DNA of 61,213 nt, the filler included, from Porpidia crustulata (lineage: Eukaryota), in the NCBI GenBank assembly GCA_964255105.1. It is 6 parts of 6 records of this genome, joined end to end, with 100 filler letters (N's around TTAATTAATTAA, not from the genome) between each part and the next. Parts side by side here need not be neighbours in the genome. Positions count along the whole stretch, not along the records: positions 30,690 to 40,801 come from CAXUWE010000827.1; positions 40,902 to 51,008 come from CAXUWE010000828.1; 4 more parts are not named here. One strand, written 5' to 3'. Shown piece by piece: positions 38,201 to 51,008 of the stretch; within the stretch, counting starts at the first letter, position 1, and each line of letters opens with the position of its first letter. Position numbers and translations under genes: made by a program. Below the pieces are notes generated by a model. It had not been told where the DNA came from. It did not search any database and was given only the letters and a program-made list of their open reading frames with translations.

Positions 38201-38858
38201 CTATGCTCTCATGCGGATGACACAAAAGTCCCGATCGCGAACGTCGATTTTTCTTCTACATTATTAAATTTGTTACTGTATTTTTCAAAATAAATTCGAC
38301 AATATGATATCGAACTCTGATCGAGATCATAATACATTTACTAAAACTGAATTTCAAAGTGTCATGGAATTGGTGAGCGCATGAGCTTTCAAAAAAAATC
38401 AGGAATAAATCTGATGATGTAGGCGGAGGATCGCATTTGCGGTCGGGATTTTTCTGTTACCCGCGTGACTCCGTCGTGCTTCATCGTGCTCCCTCGCTGC
38501 TCTCTCTAATCGACTCTGCTTTAGTCTCAATTCTGAGTCTGAGATGTTTATATAATATATATAGAGCACTCGGTAAGTTCTCGTGCGCATTAGAAAATCT
38601 CTGAAAGTCTTTCGAAGTCTCTGATTGCTGTCGTTCGACCGGTTTCCTTGATTGGCAGGTCTTAGCTGAAAAGCGCCCCTCCTTTCGTCCCCCCGCCTCC
38701 GCCGCTACCGGCCCACGACTACTCAACACCTCTCTGACATCCATCAATCATCCTGTCACCTCACCTCTTCAAATCATCGGCTCTCCTCAGAGCAATTGAT
38801 CATCCAAACAAGTATACGTTAAACGTCAGCCGAACCAACGTCACCTTGTCCCGTCACA

Positions 38859-40503
38859 ATGGGCGCAGACGAAGGCCCGACCAGTACTCTTCGGTACGAT
38901 GAAAAGCCCATGTATACCACCTCTAATGGCTGCCCGATCATGGACCCCGAGTCATCGCAACGAGTGGGACAGAACGGTCCTCTTCTATTGCAAGACTTCC
39001 ATCTAATCGACCTGCTCGCTCACTTTGATCGCGAGCGTATCCCCGAGCGTGTCGTTCACGCAAAAGGCGCAGGCGCATATGGAGAATTCGAAGTAACTCA
39101 CGACATCAGCGATCTAGTATGTTCTGTCATCAAGATATGTCTGTACTCAAAGTCTCATGTGACTTAGACTTCACTGGACATGCTCCTTGGCGTGGGCAAG
39201 AAAACAAAATGCGTTGCTCGGTTTTCGACAGTGGGAGGGGAGAAGGGATCCCCGGACTCGGCTCGCGATCCTCGAGGGTTCTCGGTCAAGTTCTATACGG
39301 AAGAGGGCAATTGGGATTGGGTCTTCAATAACACTCCCATCTTTTTCCTTCGTGACCCTTCCAAATTCCCAATTTTCATTCATACCCAGAAGCGCAATCC
39401 TCAGACCAATCTCAAGGATGTGAGTCGTTTTTATTTTTTCCATCGTTCTAGCACTATCGTGATCTAAATATGTACCCTCGCAGGCCACCATGTTTTGGGA
39501 CTATCTGTCCACTCACCAGGAATCGGCCCATCAGGTGATGCATCTCTTCTCGGACCGTGGCACCCCGTATTCCTACCGCCACATGAACGGCTACTCGGGC
39601 CACACATACAAGCTCACCAAGCCCGATGGCACCTTTAACTACGTCCAGATTCACTGCAAATCCGACTTGGGTAGCAAAACCTTTACCAATGACGAAGCCG
39701 GCAAGATGGCCGCCGAAAACCCCGACTTCCATACCCAGGACCTCTTTAACTCGATTCAAGATGGCGACTACCCTTCCTGGACATGCTATCTGCAAGTGCT
39801 CTCGCCCGAACAAGCCGAGAAATTCCGATGGAATATCTTCGACCTCACCAAAGTCTGGCCGCAAGGCGAAGTGCCCCTCCGCCCGTTTGGCAAGTTCATC
39901 CTCAACAAGAACCCGGAAAACTACTTCGCCGAGATCGAACAAGTCGCCTTCTCGCCCTCGCACATGGTCCCCGGCGTCGAGCCCTCCGCGGATCCGGTCC
40001 TCCAATCCCGCCTGTTCAGCTACCCGGACACCCACCGCCACCGTCTGGGCGTCAACTACCAACAAATCCCCGTCAACCAACCCCTGCGGGCTTTCAACCC
40101 CTACCAGCGCGATGGCATCATGGCCGTCAACGGCAACTATGGCGCCAACCCCAACTACCCGTCCACCTACCGCAACATGACCTACAAGCCCGTCAAACCC
40201 AGCCAGGAGCATGAGAAATGGGCCGGCGCCGCCGTCGCGCAGCAGCTGCCCGTCACCGACGAGGATTTCGTGCAGCCGCGCGCGCTGTGGGAGGTCCTCG
40301 GCCGCACCGACGGCCAGCAGCAGAATTTCGTCGGCAACGTCGCCGGCCATCTCTGCGCGGCCAAGGAGCCGGTCCGTAGGCGGACTTACGAGATGTTTCG
40401 GCGCGTGGATCGCGCGTTGGGGGAGAGGATCGAGGAGGCGACGGAAGAGAAGGCGCCGGCGAAGGGGAGCCAGGCGGCGGGGAACGCGCAGGCGAGGTTG
40501 TAG
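38859..40503 (+). CDS. CTA1: Small-subunit peroxisomal catalase (PTS1 -ARL)
   Basis: [73 protein letters not shown]; ends QARL*. Introns about 39117-39168 and 39421-39483. Confidence 0.97.
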
Positions 40504-40801
40504 GCTTGGCTTTTACTTGGGGAAAGATGGGAGAGACGTGTGGGAGAGAGGTCAAGAGGGGGTGAACGCGAGACTGAAACCGGAAATTGGATAGCTCGAG
40601 GGATCTTTACGAGAAGGAGGAGATATGTTGAGCGTCAGGGGGCTTAGGGTTGCGTCTGTATATGCCGCGCTGTGCTTTCCGCCATCTGCAACGAATTTCG
40701 ATTATTCCCCACGCTGTTGAATATTGCCTGCTGTATGCGCTTATAGGCTCGCTTGTGCAGGGGTATGATAGGGAAACCGGGCCCCCTTCCCTGCCCTGCC
40801 C

Positions 40802-40901
40802 NNNNNNNNNNNNNNNNNNNNNNNNNNNNNNNNNNNNNNNNNNNNTTAATTAATTAANNNNNNNNNNNNNNNNNNNNNNNNNNNNNNNNNNNNNNNNNNN
40901 N
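40802..40901. other. Artificial contig linker
   Basis: N44-TTAATTAATTAA-N44. Confidence 0.99.
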
Positions 40902-41332
40902 GGGTAGGGAGGACGAGCTTGTACTGGCGGTTGGTGAGGGATTGGCTTCGGTGGGAAGTGGTGGAGATTCGGCTTCGATGGGGGCTTCATCATCATCGTC
41001 CTTGTAGTCGAGCTGGTAGAGGTACGATATCATGCGTTCTACCGCACTCACATCGTCGTCATCCAAGTTGATCGTCGCCGTTTGTGCCTCCTGCTGCGAT
41101 CAACGACCATACCATCGACGACCGAAGCGATCGCGCAAGCCAAACGTACCTGAAACCCTCCGTCGCATGCGGCAGCGAAGAAAGTCGATCGAGGACAAAT
41201 GATGTTGCGGTGCACCTTGAATTCCTTGCCGTTGCATCGGATGGTGAGGTCGGAATATTTGGAATTTTCGAGGATGCTCTTGAGCGCTGTCGCGAGGTTT
41301 TCTTGGTGCATGTCCATTTGGCGTTCTAGCAT
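40902..41332 (-). CDS. BTB/POZ-domain protein (3'-truncated by contig end)
   Basis: KYSDLTIRCNGKEFKVHRNIICPRSTFFAAACDGGFQ|EAQTATINLDDDDVSAVERMISYLYQLDY. Confidence 0.9.
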
Positions 41333-41831
41333 CGGAGCCAAAGGATTGCTTGTGGGCGCTGGTGGATCACTGCTGGGATCTCTGGTACCGCTGGGACGAT
41401 TTTTAATGTGTGATGCTTGGACGGAGTTGTCGTTGCTGAAGATGGACGTGGACTATAAGTGAAAGGATCAATGGATTGTGTTGGACCGTGTTGGATTGTG
41501 ATGGGGGTGGCGAAAAGTGTTGTGTTAATGTGAGGTTTGGAAAATTACTTAATGAGATTTGGCGAAGAGAAAAATTCACAAAGGGGCCGGGGGAAAGTAG
41601 AGCCGGACTGGGGGGATGATCTGATGGTTTGGGAGACAGAGACAATATACAAGGACAAAGATATGGAATCAGACTACCAAGCCAATAAACAAAATAAGGA
41701 TCAGGACATTTCAAAATCTTGGTATTTAGAGTAAGATAGAGAATGATTTCTGATCAAAATCAGCAAAAATCAGCAGAAATTCTCCTACAATTTGCCTTTC
41801 CCATCAGTGAGAGTACTAACCAGCTCGAGGT

Positions 41832-43660
41832 TCAACGTTGATGTACAAGTATCCCATCCACCCATACCTTTCTCGTATTTCTATCATCGCCACAAAACAC
41901 CCACTTCGCCACCTTTTCATCCCACGTTTCACTTCCCCACAATTCCACCAACCCTTCATCCTCCACTACCTCACCTCCCTCAAGACCCACATCAGGGCCA
42001 TCAGCGCTGGCCAGTTGCACCACTTGTGCATCCCATCGCATCCCAATCTCAAAAGCTCCAACCTTATCTTCCAACCCCAAGCATTTCGCCCCTCCCCTGG
42101 TGGCAAGATACAGACACTCCTCTACGCTCAGCTTCTGCCGGTCCTTTTCCTTTTCTTCCACGGTCAATGCGGCTATAGTGCGGCTCACCATCGCGGCCTC
42201 CCTTGCCGCTACAAGGATACTGGTGCTGTATCCACCGCTGACATCGGTACCAAGTCCTACATCAATTCCTTCGTCCAGTAGGGTGCGAACGGGACATAGG
42301 CCCGAGGATATGCTTGTATTGCTGACGGGACAATGACTGACTTTGCTCCCTCGGTGCTTGATAAGTATTCGCTCATCAGGCGAGAGATGTACGCCATGAG
42401 CGAGTACAGTGCGAGGGGTAAGAAGGCCATGGGTGTCATAGACGTGCGCATAGGATGTATTTTCGGGGAAAAGTTGCGCGACCATGGTAACCTCCGAAGG
42501 GTTTTCCGAGATGTGAGTCTGAATGGGATGATTAGTCTCCTTATGTAGAGCGCCAAGCCCAGAAAGCATAGCAGAGGTGCAGGAAGGCGCAAAGCGTGGG
42601 GTAATGATCGGAGCGATGAGTGAGTTCGAGGGGTCAATGGAGGCAATGTGGTCAATCGTAGATTGTGTGTCCGCTACGGCAGCTGCGGGGGAATCGTCCT
42701 TGTAGTACGATGGGTGGATATCAGAATCCATGTTACATCGCCCGATGAAAGCTCGCTGCCCATTCTCGAGGCAGACGTCGGCGAGAATATTCGTCGAAGA
42801 AACATGAGTCGTGGCAAAGTAGGCGGCGGTAGTGGTGCCATGAGATAAGGTACGGGATACACAGCGCGAGTAGACCTTACTCGCCAAGGCAGTGTCTGAA
42901 AGTGAGTTTTCAAGGGGAAATGTATACTTATTCAGCCAATCGAGGAGTGTCGTCTTACCGAAGACGCCACAATTGGGGTACTGCGAGGCGTGTATATGTG
43001 TGTCTAGTAGAAAATTCAGAACGTAGCTCGACTCAAATATGTGCCACATGAGGAATCAAGGTGGCTTACGTGTCATGGTCACAGCGAAATAATGAAATAG
43101 TATCGGAATATATATTGAGACGTCAAAAATATTAAATCAAACAAGATTCGCCACGCTAGAGGGAAAAGTCTAATGCGATGAACGATCGATTTTGAACACA
43201 GCTCGTTATGAGTCTATGATACACCTATAGCCATAGTATACTAACTGGTGACATTAGGTTGGAAAATCGAAAAGAATGATGCCCAAGGGAAAAAATTGAG
43301 GACGGCATCCGTTTGAGCCACTTTTCTCGACAGATGATAGACATCGCGTTACTTTTCGTTCAGCAAAAAGAGCTCCAACGTACCAACAAACCCCGGGAAA
43401 AACCAGCTTCGCCCACCCCTTCCACACTCCACAAGATCCCATTCTTCACCCTCCTCCCCCCTCTTCTTAACCCAGCCCCATACGTCAATAACGTCCTCCA
43501 TAGTCTTTCCCTTCATAACATCCTTCGTCTCCTTGAAAGAAATCTTGCCATCCCCGTCAACGCCGACAAGAGCATTCTCAAGGACTTCGATTTCACCGAG
43601 AGATGTGCAGCTGATAAAGGTACCGCTATAGACCGTGGGCTGGAGAGGAGCAGAGGCCAT
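41832..43660 (-). CDS. GUD1: Guanine deaminase
   Basis: FFPGFV|DTHIHASQY, LLDWLNKYTFPLE, GTTTAAYFAT, PIITPRFAPSC, IQTHISEN, LAHGVHL, HCPVSN, GLGTDVSGG, GDDRN. Single 380-nt intron 43383-43004. Confidence 0.97.
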
Positions 43661-43805
43661 CTTATTGCATGCGGATATAGATGGGAGATTTCACGATCAT
43701 ATAATAACTACGAGATCGAGATAAGGGGATTAGCTAGTGCTGATAGTACTACTCGAAGAGGCGGCTGTCGGCTATCGCCTATGGGCCAATAAATTATCAG
43801 CATCG

Positions 43806-44595
43806 CACCTAGGGTTAGGGCTAACCCCTTAGGTGGTGGCTCCTTAATAGGTACCAGAGACAAGTATGGAGGGACGGGAAGGTGTCTATTGCTAAGCCTA
43901 GGTATCTCTATCTTTGTAAAGGAAATATCAGTATAGAACTGTGTCACTGTGTGGGATGATGCAAGCTCGTGGGAGTAGTTCAGAATCATATTCTACAAGT
44001 TTTTGAATAAGCAATCGAGGGTCATAATACTGTTATCATTTTCCTCTCGTCATTTCCACTAACGTAAACGTGCTAATTGCCCTCGCCGTCCACATTCGCC
44101 ATTTGGCCCTTGTCGTGAGCCCCTTATGTGATCTGGCATCTTCATTTTCACCCAGACGCGCTGCTCTAGAAACCGTTCCTCTGCGCCTTCGAACTTTGGT
44201 CCGAGATTGACGGATATGTTCTTTAGGCTTCGATTTGAAAAGGCCAAAAATAGCGGACCGATGATATGATGAGCGTCTGTCGAGAGGATTGCGCATCACA
44301 AAGAATGATCTACAAGACCGATGAAGGTCGTTGGATTACAATAGGGAACTGTCCAAGTCAAATACTAAACGGATTACTTGCTGGTTTGCAGCCTAGTCAT
44401 TTGAATCATTCAACAAGATATTTGTTCTACAGTCAACAATGATTGTCTATAATACTCGTATTCATTATTCAAGGATTAAATAGGATTACTAGCGTTGCAG
44501 GAGAATGGAGGAGCATGGGCTGTTATGTTCGTTTTCATCCCCAGGGTTAGGGCTATTTCCACTAAAACGATGTGCGATACTTAGGGTTAGGGTTA
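43806..44595. promoter_or_regulatory. Interstitial TTAGGG-type boxes in the divergent promoter between GUD1 and the Myb/SANT gene
   Basis: CACCTAGGGTTAGGGCTAACCCCTTAGGTG (43806-43835, near-palindromic), AGGGTTAGGG (44543-44552), TTAGGGTTAGGGTTA (44581-44595). Confidence 0.5.
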
Positions 44596-44756
44596 TATCG
44601 ACAAGTTTTGATTTATGGACCGTTGAGGCATGAGAGTATGTAGGGTTCACGCTTCACCTGATCTGGTTAACGCCGCGCGTGCTAATCGCGATTTTTTCCA
44701 TCTGTTCAAATCAAAGATGAAATCTGTAGAGCTACACGACCTTTGAGCAGATCATC

Positions 44757-46920
44757 ATGACCTCGGACGACGCGGCGGCTACTCCATCCAATAGCCCTCC
44801 TCCAAATACCGAGTCCATCCCACCCATTGGAGTGGGTAGCGTCGAGACAAGCGAGTTGGACTGCGAAATCATTGGCGAATCCATCTTACCCAAGGTGTCA
44901 GCAGGACCGCCGCACACGGGAGGGTTCCCACAGAGAATTCTCCCGCCACCATTTCCGTCCCCACTCCCGCCCAAATATGACGCGAAACCATTAAAAAGCC
45001 CCCACCGGCATGAGTTCAGCGGAGCGCAGTCGAACTATCCTTTCGTCTATCACCACGAAAAGCCATGGCGTGCATCCGGGGCGTCGAGCGGAAAGCAGGC
45101 TTTGCCAATTGACCGACCGCACAAGAGAAAAAGATGTAATGGATTGACCAAAAGTGACAAGCTGGCCTTGATCACGATTTGCACCCGGCACAAGGCGGAC
45201 TACAAGCAAGGCGACAAGACCGGGTTCTGGGATCTGGTCAAGAATACAATGGCGGCGCAGACTGGCAAGGAACTGGCTCAACCTCGTTCGATGGTGGAGC
45301 GTTGGTGCAATTGGGAGATCGACCAGGTGTTGGATCGCCAAACTACCAACGACCAGCAAGACTTCCGCGATGCGGTAAAGGATTTCTGTGCCAAGTGGAA
45401 GGAGGTGAGACAGGAATACCTCAATCGAAAGCAATCTAAGGGGATTGCTGCGGATGACAGTGTTCGTACCTGGGCAGACACGCCTGTTAGAGACAGTCGA
45501 TCGAACCTGCAAGGAAATGATGTTAGACCTAAGGACATCAAGCATGTTTTATGTAATGTTGCGCTTGATAAAACTGCCGAGAAGAACCATTCCCTTGACC
45601 ACGGCTTCGACGGCAAAATTTTGAAGAGCCACTCTTCTCCCAGCAACGCAGATAGTCGTACACTCCCAAGCATTTTTGCAGCAGCTACCAGTGCTTCTAG
45701 CAAAAACGCTCCTGACAGGAGAGCGTTTAAAGGCAGCATGCTCAACGATAGTCCTTTCTCCTGTACTCAGTCTGTCAGCAGTCCTCACAACAGCGGCCCA
45801 CCTTTCCCCAGCGCTGCAAGCCGTGAACTACCAGATGGCAATACGTCTACTCGCACTATAACGCATGATGGCCAATTATACAAGGGCGACACTCCCCTCG
45901 AGCCTTTGGCTACAGGCAACTCCTTTGCATACATCTCTCCCTATCGGCGGGCGCAATATCGTGGTCCCACAGCTGGTAATGAGACCACTAGTGTTACCCC
46001 CAGCGGTGACGCCCTCAATGGTAGGACCGAGGGACCCATCACGTTTTTGCCCACTCCAAGAGCCAGTATATCAGGCTCCCAGAGCTCCACAAGTAGTCCA
46101 ATCACGAATGTAGACCTTCGCCAGTTCCCAAAACTCCCAATCGAAAGTAAACGCAACCCTGGTCCTATGTAAGTGATCTCCTTTATCGCGCTTAAGGAAC
46201 GCGCTGACTCTGCCCTTCAGTACTCCTCAATCATTGAGTCGGGTAACAAGTGCGGCTATAGATGATTTGGCCCAGGCGTACGTATCGCGAACATACGAAG
46301 CTTCCTTCGACATACTTCGCGAGATTATGTCAAAGCACGATGAAGTAGTGCGGCAAATTTCAGCATCCAGAGCTCTCGTGGAAAAGGATCTTGAGGTCAG
46401 CAAGCGACGCCTTGCATCCGTCGAGTATGAGTTGGAAATTACCAGGCGTGAGAGGAAGGAAGAAAAAGCGGCCTTGGCGGCGCAATTCCAGAAGTCCGAG
46501 TTACAAGATCCCACCACGCAACAGATTGCCAGTAGCTCGGAGCTACAGAAGACAGAGGCAGCGTTGACTATCAAGGAAAGCCATGTGGGCTCGCAACAGC
46601 CACATATTCATAGAGAATCTCCCGAACGGCAATTTGATGATAGCAAGCACCCAAGTGTACAGATGGAAGATGAAATTGAGACCTTCCAACCTCAAGTCAA
46701 ATCGTCATTGCAAAGGGCAAAAATGGAGAAAGAATTAGAAGCGTGCCAGCGCCAGATTGTAAGGATCAAGAACGAAAAGTCAGTTCTAGAACTGGAGCTC
46801 TCAGTGAGCAAACGACAGATACAGGAGCTGAAGGGGCTGAAGCCAGATTCGCAGGAAATGCGGACGATATCTCGGAGTTCTCATGATGGGACCGTTGCAA
46901 AATTACCCAAGATGACTTAA
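44757..46920 (+). CDS. Hypothetical nuclear protein with a Myb/SANT-like helical domain, a disordered linker and coiled coils
   Basis: NLS-like HKRKR, LTKSDKLALITIC..FWDLV..RW; intron about 46169-46220; C-terminal heptad-rich segments. Confidence 0.65.
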
Positions 46921-46998
46921 TATTTCCGTCACTGGGATGATCCATTTTTAGGTGGCTAAGAACAGTCTAGCTTTGCGCAGATAGTCTGCGTTGATGCG

Positions 46999-48096
46999 CT
47001 AAGAAGTGTTCATGGAATCCGCTATTATATTTGGATTTGCAACGAGACCGGGGGAAGTGGAGAGGTTCGTCGATGGTAGGGTAAGTTGTGGGGAGGAAGC
47101 ATTCCAGTTTCTTAAATTAAACCCAGGGGGCAACGAGTCGTTCCGAGGCGCATTGCTTGGCACCCATGGCGGCAAGTAAGGGTCCGGAGAATTGACGCAT
47201 CCATGCTCAAGCACTGGTCTTTCTGTCAGTCATAAACCTTAAACAACATGGTTAAGAAACAAAAGACGTGTACATACTAGCAATATAAACCTGATAATTC
47301 ATTGGATTGAGGAGACTATACACCACATCGAATTCTACGCATCCGTTGAGATTGTACCGTTCGGGCGGGATAGTGATCCCCGATAGCGAGGCGTGCTGCA
47401 GATAGAAGTGCACCAGCTCGTGCAGGATGGCGTAGGACTGGTAGAAGTAGACCTCGTAGCCGTGGCTAACCGTGTAAACGTTGTCCTTGACGCCCGGGCA
47501 CCGCCCTCGCGCTGGCGGCACCTCCGGGTCGGGGAAGCGCGGCATGTTCCAGAAGCGCGGGCAGAGAAAGATGTAGGCGGTGGGGATGACGTAGAAGTTC
47601 GTGATAGCGCTCAATTCGCACACGCTGAAAGGGTCCGTATCTACGACGGGGTACACGTGGACGGTGTTGCGGTGCACGCAGATGAAGCGGGGGCGTTGGG
47701 GGGTCCGAAAGTCGGGCAGAAGGTTCGGCATGGGCTTGAGGCGGGCCATGTCGCGCAGCAGCTGTACGACGGCGTCGGTGGTCTCGTTGATTTTGAACAT
47801 GGCTTTGTAGCCGTAGAGGCTGTTGGTGCCGGAGTTCTGGATGTCGCGGATTGCGGGTGAGATGGCTCTGAGGCTGGTACGGATGACTGTGAGGAGCGAG
47901 GCGCGTAATTCGGCCCTGCATCCTTCGATCAGGAAGTTGTCGTTGGTTGCCGTTTCATCTTGGGTAACATCTGGTATCTGTAAGCGTCGTTTGTTGGTTT
48001 GTAGGATGGGAAGCACTTACTTGGTTCTGCTGATGAACAGCTTGCTGTTTGGACGGTAGCAAGGAGAAACAAACAGAAAGCTGCAAGCGGTTTCAT
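46999..48096 (-). CDS. Secreted HEXXH zincin metalloprotease-like protein (M35-like)
   Basis: Signal peptide MKPLAAFCLFLLATVQTASC; YGYKAMFK; IFLCPRFW; ILHELVHFY; SLLNPMNY; two introns. Confidence 0.75.
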
Positions 48097-49264
48097 GGTT
48101 GTCTAAAGCGAACGGTGGCTCAAAATTTAACGACAGGAAGTCGCTGCATACAAATCCAGGAACCGCATTCAAGAGCCACTTAGGAATTGGAACTGACTGA
48201 GTGGCCGAGAGGCCAAAATAAGAGAAGCAAGAGCGAGAATGTGATGGAAAAATCGAGGTGGCCGCTGGCGTAGAAATCAAACAAAGGGGAAACATAATTC
48301 ATCAAATAGAGAAACTTCGTTCGAAGTTTTCAAACCCACACGTCGCATATGTATATGCCATCTCATAATCCAGCATAGTTTTCATATACGGCATCGTATC
48401 AATGGATCGTGAGTATGCGATAGTCGTAGATGCGCCTGAGCCGCACGCGGAATACACGACCACCTGCAGCAGCATGAAAGCGCAAAGATCACTCTATGGT
48501 TTTGTCCTAACGGTCCCTGTATCGATGAAGTTTGCCACCAACCTGCCTAGGACGTTGGAGATTTCGTTTTAATTCTCGAGATTCCCAGAGAGACCCACAT
48601 TGTATATCGCGGCAAACTCCACGCTTTGACATAATGAAATACACCCGCAATTCTTCTGGGAGCTTCAAACGTGAAAGATTTCTCATCAGACCAGTGTCCA
48701 GGGTGCGGACGGCGTAAGACATGGCATTGTCAATGGGCACTCAGTCAAGGAAACAGCCGATTTAAATAAAACCACGAGCCATGGAGTGACAAGACAACGG
48801 CCAACAACCAGATCGGCTTTGAAGAAAGAGTCTCGGTGCATGTCATATTTTATTACATTCCAAAGATATGAACATTTCAGCATTGCTGCTATCGTCGAGA
48901 CTTATTTTTCTCTGGTGATTCGAAACGGGACCTGCTTTGATCAAAGAGCAAGAGTCCTTCTGACGGCATGCATTGGGGAAGCTGGAGTAATCGAAGTAGT
49001 AGCTACTGGACACAACATATGGAGTTCTTGAACTTGGCTGACGATAGATCATGTAGTATGTTATCCATATCCAATGACAGCTAATTGTAAAGGATGTGAG
49101 GCACGAGTAGATGGCGGATAGGGCTGTAAGGCTGTAAGGCGTCACTAGGCTTGTCCGGCGCGTCGTCCTTCGAGTAAGGTGAGGGCATGGCTGGGATGCT
49201 TTGAGAAGAGTGATTGCATATATTAATTTCGACCTGTGCTTGAGCGTGGTTTGTTGATATCACG

Positions 49265-51008
49265 ATGCCTCCCTTCAGAGACGAGCATGTCCTGGTGCGT
49301 ATGCCAGAGCTTAGCTCCACTTCACACCTTACACCGCGCAAGGTCACCATGCGCCGATGAAGATGCCTAGCTGACCATCCAAACACATGGCAACTAGATC
49401 ATAGCGCCCGGGTCGCAAACAACACTCGCTCAGCTTGGCCTACCCGAGTCGTTTACGCCAGCTCGTGTACGAGTCTCAACGCGCATGTTCCCCGCTGAAA
49501 CGAAAGGTGAATGGGAGCCGTTGAAGATCCGGGAAAAGAAGGTTACGAAGCACCAGGTCGAAGACTTGAATAACATTCAGAGCAATGGCACCACAGAAAA
49601 CGCCGTCGAGACAGGTCAAGATCCGTCGCAGAATCTTCCATCAACAGAGGAAGCCGATGAGGAAACCTTGTATGAAGAAGATCCAACTACAGAGGAGGGG
49701 GCAGTGTTCCCTCTGCAAGACGGCAAAGTTGTCAATTGGTCATGTTTCTTTGCGCTCCTCACTCATGTCTACAATACGCTTAGCCCTCCCTTTCATACCC
49801 CGATACTTGTCATATCCCAGCCGACATGGACCGCTCAAGATCACGAAACCCTTACACAATTCTTCTTTGAAAAGTTCAAGACACCCGCCTTTTGTCTGAT
49901 GGATTCGGCCTTGGCGTTATGTTATGCTTTTGCAATCTCGACAGCGACCGTGGTCGATGTAGGATATGGAAAATGTGATATCACGGCTGTTAGTGATTTC
50001 TTGGTCAACGGTGTTGGAAGAGGAGTAGCTATACCTGGGTGTGGTGGGGAAGGAATGACGCAACGGCTCTTGAGCCTACTTGGAGAAAAGGGTTTTACCC
50101 GCGATATGTGTGAGCAGATGAAAAAGAGCAGCATTTGCGAGATTATCTTACCAGGTACCGCACTTCCTGGCGAGGAAGAGGCCGAAGAACCGGTGATCAA
50201 TCCTGCATCTGCCGCATCTACTGGTGCCTTATCTTCAGGAATTAGACAAAGAGGAAGTGTCTCTGGCCAGAGTGGCATACCAAGGGCGGTAATGGAAACA
50301 GATGCCGGCGACGACGGCCCAGCACTGGAGGCCGAAGACAACGAGGGGGTCTTAGATGTCGCCAGTATCGTTGCCAGTGGCAAGACAAGTGAATTCTTGG
50401 CCAAAAAAGAAAAAGAAAAGGCCGACAGGGCTGCTGCAAAAAAAGCTGCGGCTGATGCTGCCGCGGTTCCAAAGGCTAGACTGCCGAACTCGAAGCGGGT
50501 CAAGGCTACCTTTCACTACAGTGAGCGAAGGCCCATGGAAGATCTCCATGATCATGGAAAGCGAGCGGCAGATGTTGCGGACCCCAACGGCGAGGCTCCA
50601 AAGCGGTTGAAGACGCCCGAGCCGGTTGAGTCTACTGACCCTATCGTTGAACGAAAGGAGGAAAGGCGGCGTAATAAAGATACGACCGCATTCGTTCGCA
50701 AGGACATTGAAGTCGGTGTCGAGAGGTTTCAAGCGGGGAGTGGCGGTATAATAGACCAAATTGCAGACTCAATCCATCGATGCATCCTCTCCGTCCCTGA
50801 AACCAGCAAACGCAGCGAACTATGGGATTCCCTCGTCATTGTCGGCAACGGCAGTAAGGTCAAAGGTAAGTCAAATGCCTGATCATGAAATACTCTCTGT
50901 ACTAACTCCTGCCAGGCTTCAAAGATGCCATCCTCGCAACGCTAAACATGAAATACCTCATTCCCCCCTCCAGTGCCACGATCTTCACCTCCGAGCTCCC
51001 CTCCAACT
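49265..51008 (+). CDS. ARP9: Actin-related protein Arp9 (RSC/SWI-SNF subunit), 3'-truncated
   Basis: MPPFRDEHVL|IIAPGSQTTLAQLGLPESFTPA, LTQFFFEKFKTPAF, ATVVDVGYGKCDITAV, KRSELWDSLVIVGNGSKVKG|FK. Confidence 0.93.

Noticed and set aside
39454..40555. Long antisense and alternate-frame ORFs over catalase (and similarly over INSIG and allantoinase)
   Set aside because: Expected shadows of high-GC3 codon usage.
41780..41834. Cryptic peroxisomal tail (GKL*) after the guanine deaminase stop
   Set aside because: Out of frame, no readthrough context, and GKL is a weak PTS1.
14811..43660. Purine-catabolism cluster (allantoinase, guanine deaminase, peroxisomal catalase)
   Set aside because: The genes are on different contigs separated by artificial linkers.
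43700..44600. Telomerase RNA or snRNA (TAACCCTAA template-like string, Sm-like ATTTTTGG)
   Set aside because: No other conserved snRNA or telomerase RNA elements were recognised; the boxes fit promoter sites better.
44625..44685. TPP-riboswitch-like string CACCTGATCTGGTTAACGCC
   Set aside because: P5 pairs only two bases, the P4 partner and P1-P3 are absent, and it is not in a thiamine-gene intron.
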